Shown: piece by piece, positions 30,579-40,588 of the stretch
Layout of the letters: each line of letters starts with the position of its first letter
Numbering within the stretch: the stretch's first letter is position 1
NCBI GenBank assembly: GCA_963666055.2
Contig: CAXWPH010000014.1
Span: forward strand, 96,001-160,000
Length of the DNA: 64,000 bases
From: Acidobacteriota bacterium
Lineage (GTDB): Bacteria; Acidobacteriota; UBA890; WLXD01
Direction: 5' to 3'
The notes under the pieces: model-generated
Database searches by the model: none
The model's input: only the letters and a program-made list of their open reading frames with translations
What the model was told of the DNA's origin: nothing
Program-made: the position numbers and the translations under genes

Positions 30579-30600
30579 CTATGCGCTCTCCTCGCCCAAC

Positions 30601-31107
30601 TCAGATCTCGACTTCCAGGCACGCCTCAGTCACCCGCTTCAGCGGTATCTCGAGTCGTCCCGTGGCGTCATCGTCGAGCAGAATAGTGCCGTGTTGCAGG
30701 CCACGCAGAAGGCCCTGATGCAAACGTTCACCGTCCGGTCCCCGAGCCAGGATTCGCACCCTGTGCCCGGCGTATCGTCGAAAATCTGCCGCAACGAGCA
30801 ACACCCGATCGAGCCCCGGCGAAGACACCTCCAGACGGTAGGCACCGGGCAATAGATCCTCGACGTCCAGAATGGCCGACAGCTGGCGGCTGACGCGGGC
30901 GCAGTGGTCCACGTTGACACCACTCTCGCGATCAATCACCACGCGCAATAACCAACCGTCGCCCTCGAACAAATGTCGAAGGTCGACCAGGGTGCATCCC
31001 TCGCGCCGGGCAACGCGCTCCGCATGCGGCCGGAGCCGCTCAGCGACGCCGCCGGAAGCCACTTCCCCGGATGGGCTCTGGCTCGATGGTGCGTCGCTCA
31101 GCTCCAT
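30601..31107 (-). CDS. rimP: Ribosome maturation factor RimP
   Basis: LRVVID...VDHCARVSR..S..LD...YRLEVSSPGLDR. Confidence 0.93.
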   Translation of the reverse strand: MELSDAPSSQSPSGEVASGGVAERLRPHAERVARREGCTLVDLRHLFEGDGWLLRVVIDRESGVNVDHCARVSRQLSAILDVEDLLPGAYRLEVSSPGLDRVLLVAADFRRYAGHRVRILARGPDGERLHQGLLRGLQHGTILLDDDATGRLEIPLKRVTEACLEVEI

Positions 31108-31143
31108 TTTCTGGCTCGCATGCGTTGCCAAAAAACCCCCTAA

Positions 31144-31175
31144 CAAAAAAAGGGCGGGCGCTGGGGCCCACCTCT
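31144..31175 (-). terminator. Terminator/attenuator-like hairpin in the rimP-nusA leader
   Basis: Minus strand GGTGGGC-cccagc-GCCCGCC followed by a T-tract, about 40 nt upstream of rimP. Confidence 0.7.
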
Positions 31176-31368
31176 CCGAGGTACCCGAATTAGTAAGACC
31201 CTAACAAAAATGGTGCGTGCCTTCAACGAGCACGACCTCGGCGCAGCGCACCGGAGCGAGCCGAATCCAGCGACCTGTTAGTGTCCCTGACGGGATTTCG
31301 TCCGTCTCGTTGCCGTGGCAGCTGATGGCCCGGAGGCACCGAGAAGGACTCCAGTTCGAGGCTCAGCG

Positions 31369-32541
31369 ATGCCGCCGCAGTCCCTCCTTCGCGATCTGAC
31401 CTGCAGCCGGTGCGCTTTGTCGCACGAAGCGGATCGGCTCCAGAGGTTCTGTACGAGCTGCAGCGGTCCCCTGTATCCGCGCTACGAGCTCGACGCCACC
31501 CGAGTGGCCTGGAACAACGCGACACTGGGACGACGGCCCTGGGACCTATGGCGGTACGCTGAGCTCTTGCCCGTGCGGGCAGCCGAACACCGCCTGAGCC
31601 TAGGCGAGGGTGGCACCCCACTGTTGTCGGCGGCGCGACTCGGCGAACAACTCGGCCTACATCGTCTGTTGCTGAAGGACGAGGGCGTCAACCCGACCGG
31701 TTCCTTCAAGGCCCGTGGTCTATGCATCGCCGTGAGTCGCGCACGCGAGCTCGGTGCCCGGACGCTGTCGATCCCCACAGCGGGCAACGCGGGCAGCGCC
31801 CTGGCCGCCTACTGCGCCCGCGGCGGACTGAAAGCGATTATCTACATGCCTGTCGACACACCGCGAGAATTCGTCGTTGAGTGCCGCGATCTCGGAGCGC
31901 AGGTGGTGACGGTCGAAGGCACCATTGCCGATGCTGGTGCGCGGATGGCAGCCGACGCGGCGGACGACTGGTTCCCGGTAAGCACTTTGCAGGAGCCCTA
32001 CCGACTCGAGGGCAAGAAAACGTTGGGTTTCGAGCTCGCCGAGCAGTTGGGCTGGAAGCTGCCGGAGAGCATCGTCTACCCCACCGGCGGTGGAACCGGC
32101 CTGCTCGGCATGTGGAAGGCTTTCGACGAGCTCGAGGCGTTGGGCTTGATCGGGTCGCAGAGGCCCCGAATGTACACCGTGCAGGCGGAGGGTTGTGCGC
32201 CCATCGTGCGGGCATTCGAAGCCGGCGATGCTGGCGCCGAACCCTGGACCAACGCGCAGACCATAGCCAACGGACTCCGCGTTCCTCGTGCCTTCGCCGA
32301 TCAAGAGATCCTCGCTGTATTGCGCGATTCCGGCGGCGACGCGATCACGGTGTCGGATGAGGCAATGCTAGACATGCTGCGCATGACCGCGCGCATGGAG
32401 GGCATCTACGCTGCTCCTGAGGCCGCGGCTACGCTGGTGGCAGCGGCCGAGCTCGCGCGTCAGGGCCGACTTGACGGCGACGGGCGCGTCGTCTGTTTCC
32501 TCACCGGCAACGCATACAAGTACCTGTCATCGCTCGGCTAG
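31369..32541 (+). CDS. thrC: Threonine synthase (PLP, fold type II)
   Basis: SLGEGGTPL, NPTGSFKARG, TAGNAGSALAAY, EGKKT, YPTGGG. Confidence 0.88.
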   Translation: MPPQSLLRDLTCSRCALSHEADRLQRFCTSCSGPLYPRYELDATRVAWNNATLGRRPWDLWRYAELLPVRAAEHRLSLGEGGTPLLSAARLGEQLGLHRLLLKDEGVNPTGSFKARGLCIAVSRARELGARTLSIPTAGNAGSALAAYCARGGLKAIIYMPVDTPREFVVECRDLGAQVVTVEGTIADAGARMAADAADDWFPVSTLQEPYRLEGKKTLGFELAEQLGWKLPESIVYPTGGGTGLLGMWKAFDELEALGLIGSQRPRMYTVQAEGCAPIVRAFEAGDAGAEPWTNAQTIANGLRVPRAFADQEILAVLRDSGGDAITVSDEAMLDMLRMTARMEGIYAAPEAAATLVAAAELARQGRLDGDGRVVCFLTGNAYKYLSSLG

Positions 32542-32690
32542 CAGGTCGTGGTGGACGTAGGGCGGCCGGCGCTGCAATTGTGGAATAACCGACGATCGTC
32601 ACTCCGCCGATCGTAGTGGGAGTGTCGCTGCAGCCCAAGGGGCAATATGATAGTCGCTATCCGGTTTCGGAAAACCATCGTGAGGAAATT

Positions 32691-32906
32691 ATGTTCGGCT
32701 CGATCGGGGGTACAGAGCTCCTCATCATCCTGGTGATCGCGCTCGTGATGTTCGGCCCGAAGCGTCTGCCGGAGCTGGGGCGCACGATTGGCAAGGGCCT
32801 GCGTGAATTCCGACGAGCCTCCAACGACCTCAAACGCTCGCTTGAAGATGAGATCATGCTCGATGAGCACCGTAGCGAGCAGGCGGGTTCTCGCGATACT
32901 GACTGA
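32691..32906 (+). CDS. tatA: Twin-arginine translocase TatA/B subunit
   Basis: MFGSIGGTELLIILVIALVMFGPKRLPELGR.IGKGLREFR. Confidence 0.92.
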   Translation: MFGSIGGTELLIILVIALVMFGPKRLPELGRTIGKGLREFRRASNDLKRSLEDEIMLDEHRSEQAGSRDTD

Positions 32907-32947
32907 GCGAGTGAACCGGCTGAACGAGTGGTCGGAGTAACCGCGCG

Positions 32948-33725
32948 GTGAGCGAGTCTGAAGGCGCGACGGTGGCCGACGACCAGCCTGGAGCTGGCCG
33001 GAGCGAGACGCTACCGGAAATGACGTTGCTCGGCCACCTGACCGAGCTCCGCCGACGCCTCGTCGTCAGCTTGGTGGCTTTCGTCATCGGGATGGTGGTG
33101 TGCTGGGCGTTCGCGGCGGAAATCTACAGCCTTCTGACCCGGCCGATCGTCGAGCTGCTCCCCGGCGACGCACGGCCCGCGTACCTTTCGCTTACCGAGC
33201 CGTTCATGCTCTATTTGAAGGTCGCCGCGCTGTCGGGGTTCCTGGTCGCGTCCCCGGTGATCATTTACCAGGTTTGGATGTTCGTTGCGCCGGGACTGTA
33301 CCGGCGCGAGCGACACTACGTGTTTCCGGTCGTGGCGTCCTCGGTGGGGTGTTTCCTTTTGGGCGCCCTGTTCGGATACCGCGTCCTCTTCCCGGTGATG
33401 GCCAATTTCTTCCTGTCGCTGGGTAGCGACTTCAGACCGGTACTGGCAGTAAACAACCTCTTCGGCTTCCTCACCCGGACGCTCCTTGGTTGCGCGCTCA
33501 TTTTCCCAGTGGCCGATCGTCGTGCTGTTTCTCGCGCGGCTGGGCATACTGACGGCTGGAAGCATGTGGCGAAACTTTCGCTATGCGGTGCTGGTCATCT
33601 TCGTGGTGGCGGCTGTAGTAACCCCGACCCCGGACATGGCGACGCAGACCATCCTGGCCTTGCCGATGCTGTTTCTGTACGCCATCGGGATCCTGATCGC
33701 ATGGGCGGTAGCGCCGCGCAGCTGA
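32948..33725 (+). CDS. tatC: TatC, with an apparent +1 frameshift at ~33505-33507
   Basis: HLTELRRRL and FVAPGLY..E lie in one frame; the C-terminal helices (QWPIVVLFL...AAVVTPTPD) lie in the next. Removing one C from TTCCCAG restores IFQWP. Confidence 0.9.
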
Positions 33726-33731
33726 TCCGCC

Positions 33732-35453
33732 TCACGCGCTAACGTCGCCGATCTCCAACTGGGCCGTGAGCCGACCCTTCCACTTGCGCGCCCGCAACGT
33801 GGCGACTAGCGAGATCCGCTCGGCACCGCGGAGCGACTCGGCGAGGTCAGCCCGACGCCAGCCCACCGCCTCGATGTCGGCCTCCGGACCGCGAAAATAT
33901 AATTTCACATGCTCCTCCTTGAGCAAGCGCGGAGGCGCGGCAAGGCGGAGATCGCGGCACAAAAAGCGCGGGCGAGGGTTCCCGATTCCGAACGGTGCCA
34001 GCCGTTCCAGCTCGAGCGCGAGCGCCGCCGTTATGCTCTCCGGCTGCAGTTCAGCATCACACGTGAGGGTGGAGCACAGTGCCTCTGGATCCTGGCGATC
34101 CGCATGCTCGATAAGGCTGGCGCGTAGCGCATCCAACTGATTCGCGGGCAGCTGGAAGCCGGCGGCCTGGTGATGCCCCCCGTAGGCGGTGAGATGGTGT
34201 GCCACCGCTTCCAGAGCCGCCACCACGTTGAAGCCGGGAACCGACCGCGCCGAGCCATGCGCGGTCTCGCCATCCGTCGAGATCACCAGCGCCGGCCGGC
34301 CGAAGCGCTCCACCAGCCGTGACGCGACGATTCCGATTACGCCGCGATGCCAGCCGTCGCCACTGACTACCGTGATCGGATCCTCGCCCTTGCACACCGC
34401 GACAGCCTCCGCATACACGCCACGCTCCGTGTCTTGGCGCAGGGCGTTGAGCCGCTGCAACTTGCCAGCAAGCTTCCGGGCACGAGCTGGATCGGCGGTC
34501 AGGAACATCTCGGCAGCGTCGTTCGGATGTGCCAGCCGGCCAGCCGCATTGATACGCGGCGCCAGGCGAAAGGCAATGTCAGAGGCGCTTACCCGCTGTG
34601 CGTCGACGCCCGCCACGTCCATCAACGCCTTCAACCCAGGATTGGTTGCGTTGGCAAGACCCAGAAGACCGTGGAACGCCATGACCCGGTTCTCTCCACG
34701 TAGCGGCACCAGATCAGCGACCGTTCCGAGGGCGACGAGCTTCAGCATCGAGATCCCGCTGAGCCGCGTGGGGTGCCGCTCGAGAAGCCCGCGTGCCAGC
34801 TTGAAAGCTACGCCTACCGCCGCAAGCTCCTGCTCGGGGTAGCCGGAATCGGGCAACCGCGGGTTCAACAGAGCGATCGCCTGCGGTAGCTCTGGCCGCG
34901 GCAAATGATGATCCACCACGATGACATCGATGCCGAGCGAACGTGCGTGGGCGCAGGCTTCAAGAGCCGTGATGCCGCAATCCACAGCAATGAGCACCGC
35001 AGCGCCGGCGGCATGCGCTTTGTCGATGCCGCTCGGGTTGAGCCCGTAGCCGTCATCGATCCGGTGAGGAAGAATGAGTTCCACCCCACCACCGAGATGA
35101 CGTAGCACAGTCACCAGAAGGACGGCGCCCGTGATTCCGTCCACATCGTAGTCGCCGTGTACCGCGATACGGTCGCCATTGCGCAGCGCAGACATCAATC
35201 GATCGACTGCCGCCTCCATCTGGACGAAGGCAAATGGCGAGTGCAACTCGTCGAGCCCGGGCGCCAGAAAGCCCTCGGCGGCAGCGACCGTGTCAAACCC
35301 ACGCGCCACGAGCACTCGAGCGGTTATCGGATGTAGCCCCAGCGCGGTTTCGATCTGGGCAGCGAGCGTGAGGTCCACATCACGCACCCGCCAGGGCTGC
35401 CGAGCCGCCAGGATGGGTGCGTCGGCGGCCGGCTCGCTTGTGCTCTTGATCAC
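33732..35453 (-). CDS. recJ: ssDNA exonuclease RecJ
   Basis: GDYDVDG, DGYGL, VDHH, GTVADLVPL, APRINAAGR, GGHHQAAG. Confidence 0.96.
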   Translation of the reverse strand: MIKSTSEPAADAPILAARQPWRVRDVDLTLAAQIETALGLHPITARVLVARGFDTVAAAEGFLAPGLDELHSPFAFVQMEAAVDRLMSALRNGDRIAVHGDYDVDGITGAVLLVTVLRHLGGGVELILPHRIDDGYGLNPSGIDKAHAAGAAVLIAVDCGITALEACAHARSLGIDVIVVDHHLPRPELPQAIALLNPRLPDSGYPEQELAAVGVAFKLARGLLERHPTRLSGISMLKLVALGTVADLVPLRGENRVMAFHGLLGLANATNPGLKALMDVAGVDAQRVSASDIAFRLAPRINAAGRLAHPNDAAEMFLTADPARARKLAGKLQRLNALRQDTERGVYAEAVAVCKGEDPITVVSGDGWHRGVIGIVASRLVERFGRPALVISTDGETAHGSARSVPGFNVVAALEAVAHHLTAYGGHHQAAGFQLPANQLDALRASLIEHADRQDPEALCSTLTCDAELQPESITAALALELERLAPFGIGNPRPRFLCRDLRLAAPPRLLKEEHVKLYFRGPEADIEAVGWRRADLAESLRGAERISLVATLRARKWKGRLTAQLEIGDVSA

Positions 35454-36403
35454 TGGGACGCGAACGTCCCCATGACCCGGAACTTCTGATAGCGCTGATC
35501 GAGCATTGTGTCGACATCCAGGGCATCGAGCTCCACGAGCTGCCGACGCAACACGTCACCCACGGCAGCGATGGCGGCAGCGTGGTCGGCGTGTGCACCG
35601 CCGATCGGCTCGCTGATTATCTCGTCGACGATTCCCATCTCGACGAGATCCGGCGCGGCGAGACGTAGCGCGTCGGCGGCCTCTTCAGCGTGCTCGCCGT
35701 CACGCCACAGTATCGACGAGCACGACTCGGGCGAGATCACCGAGTAGACCGCGTGCTCCAGCATGCTGACTCGATCCGCCACACCGATAGCAAGGGCCCC
35801 GCCGCTGCCGCCTTCACCGATGACCGTGGCGATGATTGGTACGCGCAGGCCTGCCATCTCGCGCAGATTCATGGCAATCGACTCGGCTACGCCACGCTCC
35901 TCGGCACCGGAGCCTGGATACGCGCCCGGTGTGTCTATGAAGGTCAGCACCGGGTTTCCGAACCTCTCTGCCAACCGCATCACCCGCAGCGCCTTGCGAT
36001 AGCCCTCGGGGTTGGGCATTCCGAAGTTGCGGTACAGCTTCTCCTTGGTGTTACGTCCTTTTTGGTGCCCCACCACCGCCACGGGCCGCCCCTCGAACGA
36101 GGCCAGACCGGCGACCATCGCCGCATCGTCGCGAAAAAGCCGATCGCCGTGCAACTCGACAAAGTCCCCGCATAGGCCCCCTATGTAGTCGAGCGTATGG
36201 GGTCGCTTGGGGTGGCGAGCGACCAGCGTCGTCTGCCAGCGACTGAGATTCGCGTAGACCTCCCGCCGAGTACTGTCGAGCTTGTCCTCTAGTCGCTGTA
36301 GCCTGACGTCACGCTGCATCGATTCCGGGTATCGCTGCAGCTCCACGATCTGCTGCTCAAGATCGCGAATCGGCTTCTCTAGCTCCTCTGCCTTTCGCAA
36401 CAT
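35450..36403 (-). CDS. accA: Acetyl-CoA carboxylase carboxyltransferase alpha
   Basis: ELHGDR, FGMPNPEGYRKA, DTPGAYPG, GEGGSGGA. Confidence 0.97.
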   Translation of the reverse strand: MLRKAEELEKPIRDLEQQIVELQRYPESMQRDVRLQRLEDKLDSTRREVYANLSRWQTTLVARHPKRPHTLDYIGGLCGDFVELHGDRLFRDDAAMVAGLASFEGRPVAVVGHQKGRNTKEKLYRNFGMPNPEGYRKALRVMRLAERFGNPVLTFIDTPGAYPGSGAEERGVAESIAMNLREMAGLRVPIIATVIGEGGSGGALAIGVADRVSMLEHAVYSVISPESCSSILWRDGEHAEEAADALRLAAPDLVEMGIVDEIISEPIGGAHADHAAAIAAVGDVLRRQLVELDALDVDTMLDQRYQKFRVMGTFASQ

Positions 36404-36450
36404 GGCGCAAGACTAGCACGGCTTTATCAACCCGCTGGCGGCCAGATACG

Positions 36451-37017
36451 CTACCGGGATTCAGGGGGTCGGGGGTGAAAAACGCGCTCTACGGCGCCCA
36501 TGAGAGTAGCGATCCACGCCCCTATCGCACCCCAGCGCCCGGCACCCGCACGCCGCGTCGGCTCGACCCGGTGAAGCCGCTCCACGGCATTCGTGACCGC
36601 TCGCGCGCTGAGCTCGTCGAGAAACCCGTCGAACACGTCGACGGCGTCGCCAGTCCAGCCCTCCAGCGCCACGTAGCCTCGCGCCTCAGCCCGCCACTGC
36701 GCCGCGACGTCGTCGATCCAGGTCAGCAGCGGTTGCAGCTCGCTCCCCTGGGGAGGGCCGCCCTCGGACCGAATCCGCGCCCAAACCTTGAGGATCTCGG
36801 TGAGCTCGGTGGCGAGATTACCGGCCAGCGCCTTGGCGCAGTGTGCATCGTCATCGAACAGGGACCCTAGCGAGCCCATACTTCGGCGCCAGTCGCCCTG
36901 TCGCTGTCCGATGCGCTGACGCAGACGCCGAAACTGCTCTTCCTGCTCGCCCACGAGCCCGGAACGCGCCGGAATCGCCCGTAGCCGGGTCTCTAGTCGT
37001 TCGGCGTCGTCGTTCAC
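36451..37017 (-). CDS. Hypothetical protein (~188 aa, helical-looking)
   Basis: Fills the dnaE-accA gap on the operon strand; likely GTG start just after the dnaE stop; no motif recognised. Confidence 0.6.
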   Translation of the reverse strand: MNDDAERLETRLRAIPARSGLVGEQEEQFRRLRQRIGQRQGDWRRSMGSLGSLFDDDAHCAKALAGNLATELTEILKVWARIRSEGGPPQGSELQPLLTWIDDVAAQWRAEARGYVALEGWTGDAVDVFDGFLDELSARAVTNAVERLHRVEPTRRAGAGRWGAIGAWIATLMGAVERVFHPRPPESR

Positions 37018-37022
37018 CGCGC

Positions 37023-40000
37023 TCAGCTCGTCAGGCGAACGCAACCCGGCCCCAGCAGCTGCTCAAGCTCGCCAACCAGCGCATCGGTCGGATCGACGAA
37101 TAGATAGCGGTGGGGGGCAATGCGGGCGCGGAACCCGTCAGCTTCGCTGCGGCTCACATCCACATAAACCGGAATCGAGCCGCGATGTCGCTCGAGCACG
37201 TCGCGCAGCGTGGACGCCAGATGCGGCACCACGTCGCCAACGTCTACAGCGATACGCAGCGTCTGTGCCGACCCGTGTCGCGCCCGCTTGGAGGCATCTC
37301 TGAGCAATCCCACTTCGCTGGCAAGCAGCCGCGGCGTATCCTCGTTGGCCTCGGCACGCCCCTTGAATAACAGCACGGCATCGGGCTCGAGCAACGAAGC
37401 GCAGCGCCGGTAGACGGCCGGGAAGATCACCACCTCGGCGTGGCCCTCCATGTCTTCGACTTGGACAACCGCCATGCGCTCGCCCTTGCGTGTGGTCAAG
37501 CTACGAATGGAGTTGGCGAGCCCCGCGATGTGCACTTCGCGCCCCGTGCGCCCCTGGCCAAGCTGCCGCGTCGTGGTATCCGCATACTGTTCCATATCGG
37601 CCGCATGGCGTTGCAAGGGGTGCCCGGTGACGTAATAGCCGAGCGATTCGCGCTCCGCGTTCAGGACGTCGCGCTCCGACCACCGCTCGGGGGGCGCCGG
37701 GAGCGGCACGTACCGGTCTTCTTCGCTGCGATCGCTGCCGCCCCCGAACAGACTCCGCTGCCCGGCGGCGCGGTCCCGCTGCAGCTTCTGCCCAGCAGCC
37801 AACGAGCCTTCGAGCCGCGCCATCAGCATGGCGCGGGCGGTTCCGACATCGAGCTGCCCGTCGTTGACCAAGCCATCCATGGCACCCGCCTTGATCAAGC
37901 TCTCGATCGTCTTGCGGTTGATCCCGCCGCGCAGCTGCACCTCCTCGCAGAACTGCAGCAGATGCCGAAGGGTGCCGACACGCTCGCGCGCCTCGATGAT
38001 CGCCTCGACAGCCCCCTCGCCAACACCTTTGATCGCTGCCAGCCCGAAGCGAATCGCCTCGCCGGCTGGCGCGAAATGCACCGAGCTCTCGTTGACGTCG
38101 GGAGGTAACACCTGGATGTTCATGCCGCGGCACTCGTTGATGTACTGCACGATCTTGTCGGTGTTGCCCTGCTCCGTAGTCAACAAAGCGGCCATGAAGT
38201 GAATCGGGAACCTGGCCTTGAGGTACGCCGTTTGGTACGCGAGAAGCGCGTACGCGGCCGAATGCGACTTGTTGAAACCGTATCCGGCGAACTCGACGAT
38301 CATGTCCCAGATGGGCTTGGCGGTATTGGCCGGTATGCCGCTCGCTTCGCTGCCGTGGAGGAACTTCTCCTCCATCGACGCCATCACCTCGGGACTCTTT
38401 TTCCCCATCGCCTTGCGCAACACATCCGCCTCACCGAGCGTGAACCCCGCCATCTCCGACGCGATCCTCATCACCTGTTCCTGGTAGACGATGACCCCAT
38501 AGGTGTCTTCGAGGATCGGCTGGAGCTCGGGGCGCACATACTTGACGCGCGAGGTGTCGTGTTTCCTGCCGATGTACTCGTCGACAATGCCGGAGCGAAT
38601 CGGGCCGGGGCGGTACAGCGCGTTCATGGCGATCAGGTCGTCGAGGCGCGTCGGCTTCAGGCGTCTGAGGGCATCGCGCATCCCGGACGACTCAAACTGG
38701 AAGACGCCCGACGTCGCCCCCTGAGCGAACAGTCGGTACGTGGTGGCGTCGTCGAGTGGAATGTCCGCGGTGGTAAACGAGCGGTCGAGCTCATGCGAGA
38801 TGGTCGCCAGGCAGTCGTGTACCAGCGTCAGCGTTCGTAGGCCGAGGAAGTCCATCTTCAACAAGCCAATCGCATCAACGTCGTTCATCGGGTATTGCGT
38901 GGCCACGAAGTGGTCCTGGTCGGAGCCCTGCCCGGTCGGCGGCTTATAGAGGGGCACATAGTTGGTCAGTGGCTCGTCCGCGATCACCACGCCGGCGGCG
39001 TGTGTCGAGGCGTGTCGTACCTGTCCTTCCAGCTGCTCGGCGAGCCCCACCAGCCGCTCGACCTGCGGATCAGCGTCGATCGCCTCCCGCAGCGCCTGTT
39101 CGGTAGCCCGGGCCCCGGCAATGCTGACATCGAGCTCCGCGGGGATCATCTTGGCGATACGGTCGACGTCACCAAAGGACATCTCCAATGCCCTGCCGAC
39201 GTCCCGTATGGCCGCCTTGGCCGCCATGGTGCCGAAGGTGATGATGTGCGCGACGCGATCGCGACCGTATTTGTTGGCCACATACTCGATCACTTCTCCC
39301 CGTCGGCGCATGCAGAAGTCGATATCGATATCGGGCATGCTGATGCGCTCCGGGTTGAGGAAGCGCTCGAACACCAAGCCGTACACGAGCGGGTCGACAT
39401 CGGTGATCCTGAGGGAGTACGCCACCAGGCTTCCGGCGGCGCTACCGCGTCCGGGACCCACTGGAATGCCACGTTCGCGTGCGAAACAGATGAAGTCCCA
39501 GACGATCAAGAAGTACCCGGGGAACCCCATCTGGCGGATCACCGACATCTCGAATTCGAGGCGTCGCCGATACTCCTCGTACGAAGCGCTCCCGCGCCAG
39601 CCGTTGCCCTTACCCAGCGCCAGCATGCGTTGCTCGAAACCGTCCTTGACAACCTCGTCGAAATAGCCGTCGAGCGTACGGCCTTCCGGAACCGGGAAGT
39701 GCGGCAGGTGCGTCGCTCCGAAGTCGATCTCCAGGTCGCAGCGATCGGCGATCTCCGTGGTGGTGGCGAGTGCCTGTGGCACCTCCGCAAAGACCCTAGC
39801 CATCTCATCGGGCGACTTCATGTAGAACTCGTCGTTCGGGAATTTCATGCGGTTAGGATCGTTGATGCCCTTACCGGTCTGGATACATAGCAATACGTCA
39901 TGCGGACTGGCGTCCTGCCGGCGCAGGTAGTGACAGTCGTTGGTGGCAACGAGCGGAATATCGAACTCACCGGCCAGGCGGACCAGGTCGGGATTGATGC

Positions 40001-40575
40001 GGCGCTGCTCGTCGAGACCCTGGTCCTGGAGCTCGACGTAGTAGTTGTCGCGCCCGAAGATCTCGATCATCTCGCCGACAGCCCGCCGGGCACCGTTAGT
40101 GTCGCCGTTTAGCAACCTACGGCAGACCTCCCCGGACAGGCAACTGGTCGTTCCGATGAGGCCCTCGGCATGGTTGGCGGAGCACCTCACGGTCGATGCG
40201 CGGCCGGTAGTAGAACCCCTCCAGGTAGCCAATGCTCGAGAGCTTCATCAGATTGCGGTAGCCGGTGGCGTTCTTGGCCAAGAGCACCTGGTGGGAGGCG
40301 GACTCACCAGTTCGACGAGCGGAACGATCGAGCCGCGAACCTGGTGCCAGATACGCCTCCATGCCGACTATCGGCTTGAGATCGTTGGCAATCGCCTGGC
40401 GGTAGAACTGGATCGCACCAAACATGTTGCCGTGATCCGTCAGCGCGACGGCGTGCATCCCCAGCTCTCGGCAGCGCACCATCAGGTCGTCGATACGGGT
40501 TGCCCCATCGAGCAGCGAGAAGTTGCTGTGGTTGTGGAGGTGCACAAACGACGATCGCGCCTGATCCCGACTCAT
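37023..40575 (-). CDS. dnaE: DNA polymerase III alpha subunit, with an apparent +1 frameshift at ~40172-40180
   Basis: The PHP N-terminus (FVHLHNHS..SLLDG, TDHGNMFG, YYRPRID) is in ORF 40117-40584. The rest (HAEGLI, GPGRGSAAGS, PDIDIDF, GYGFNKSH) is in ORF 37023-40232. Confidence 0.95.
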
Positions 40576-40588
40576 CCGCGCCACGCGA

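Noticed and set aside
40117-40584. Naturally split dnaE (split intein or separate PHP gene)
   Set aside because: No intein motifs, and the two frames join seamlessly by deleting one base.
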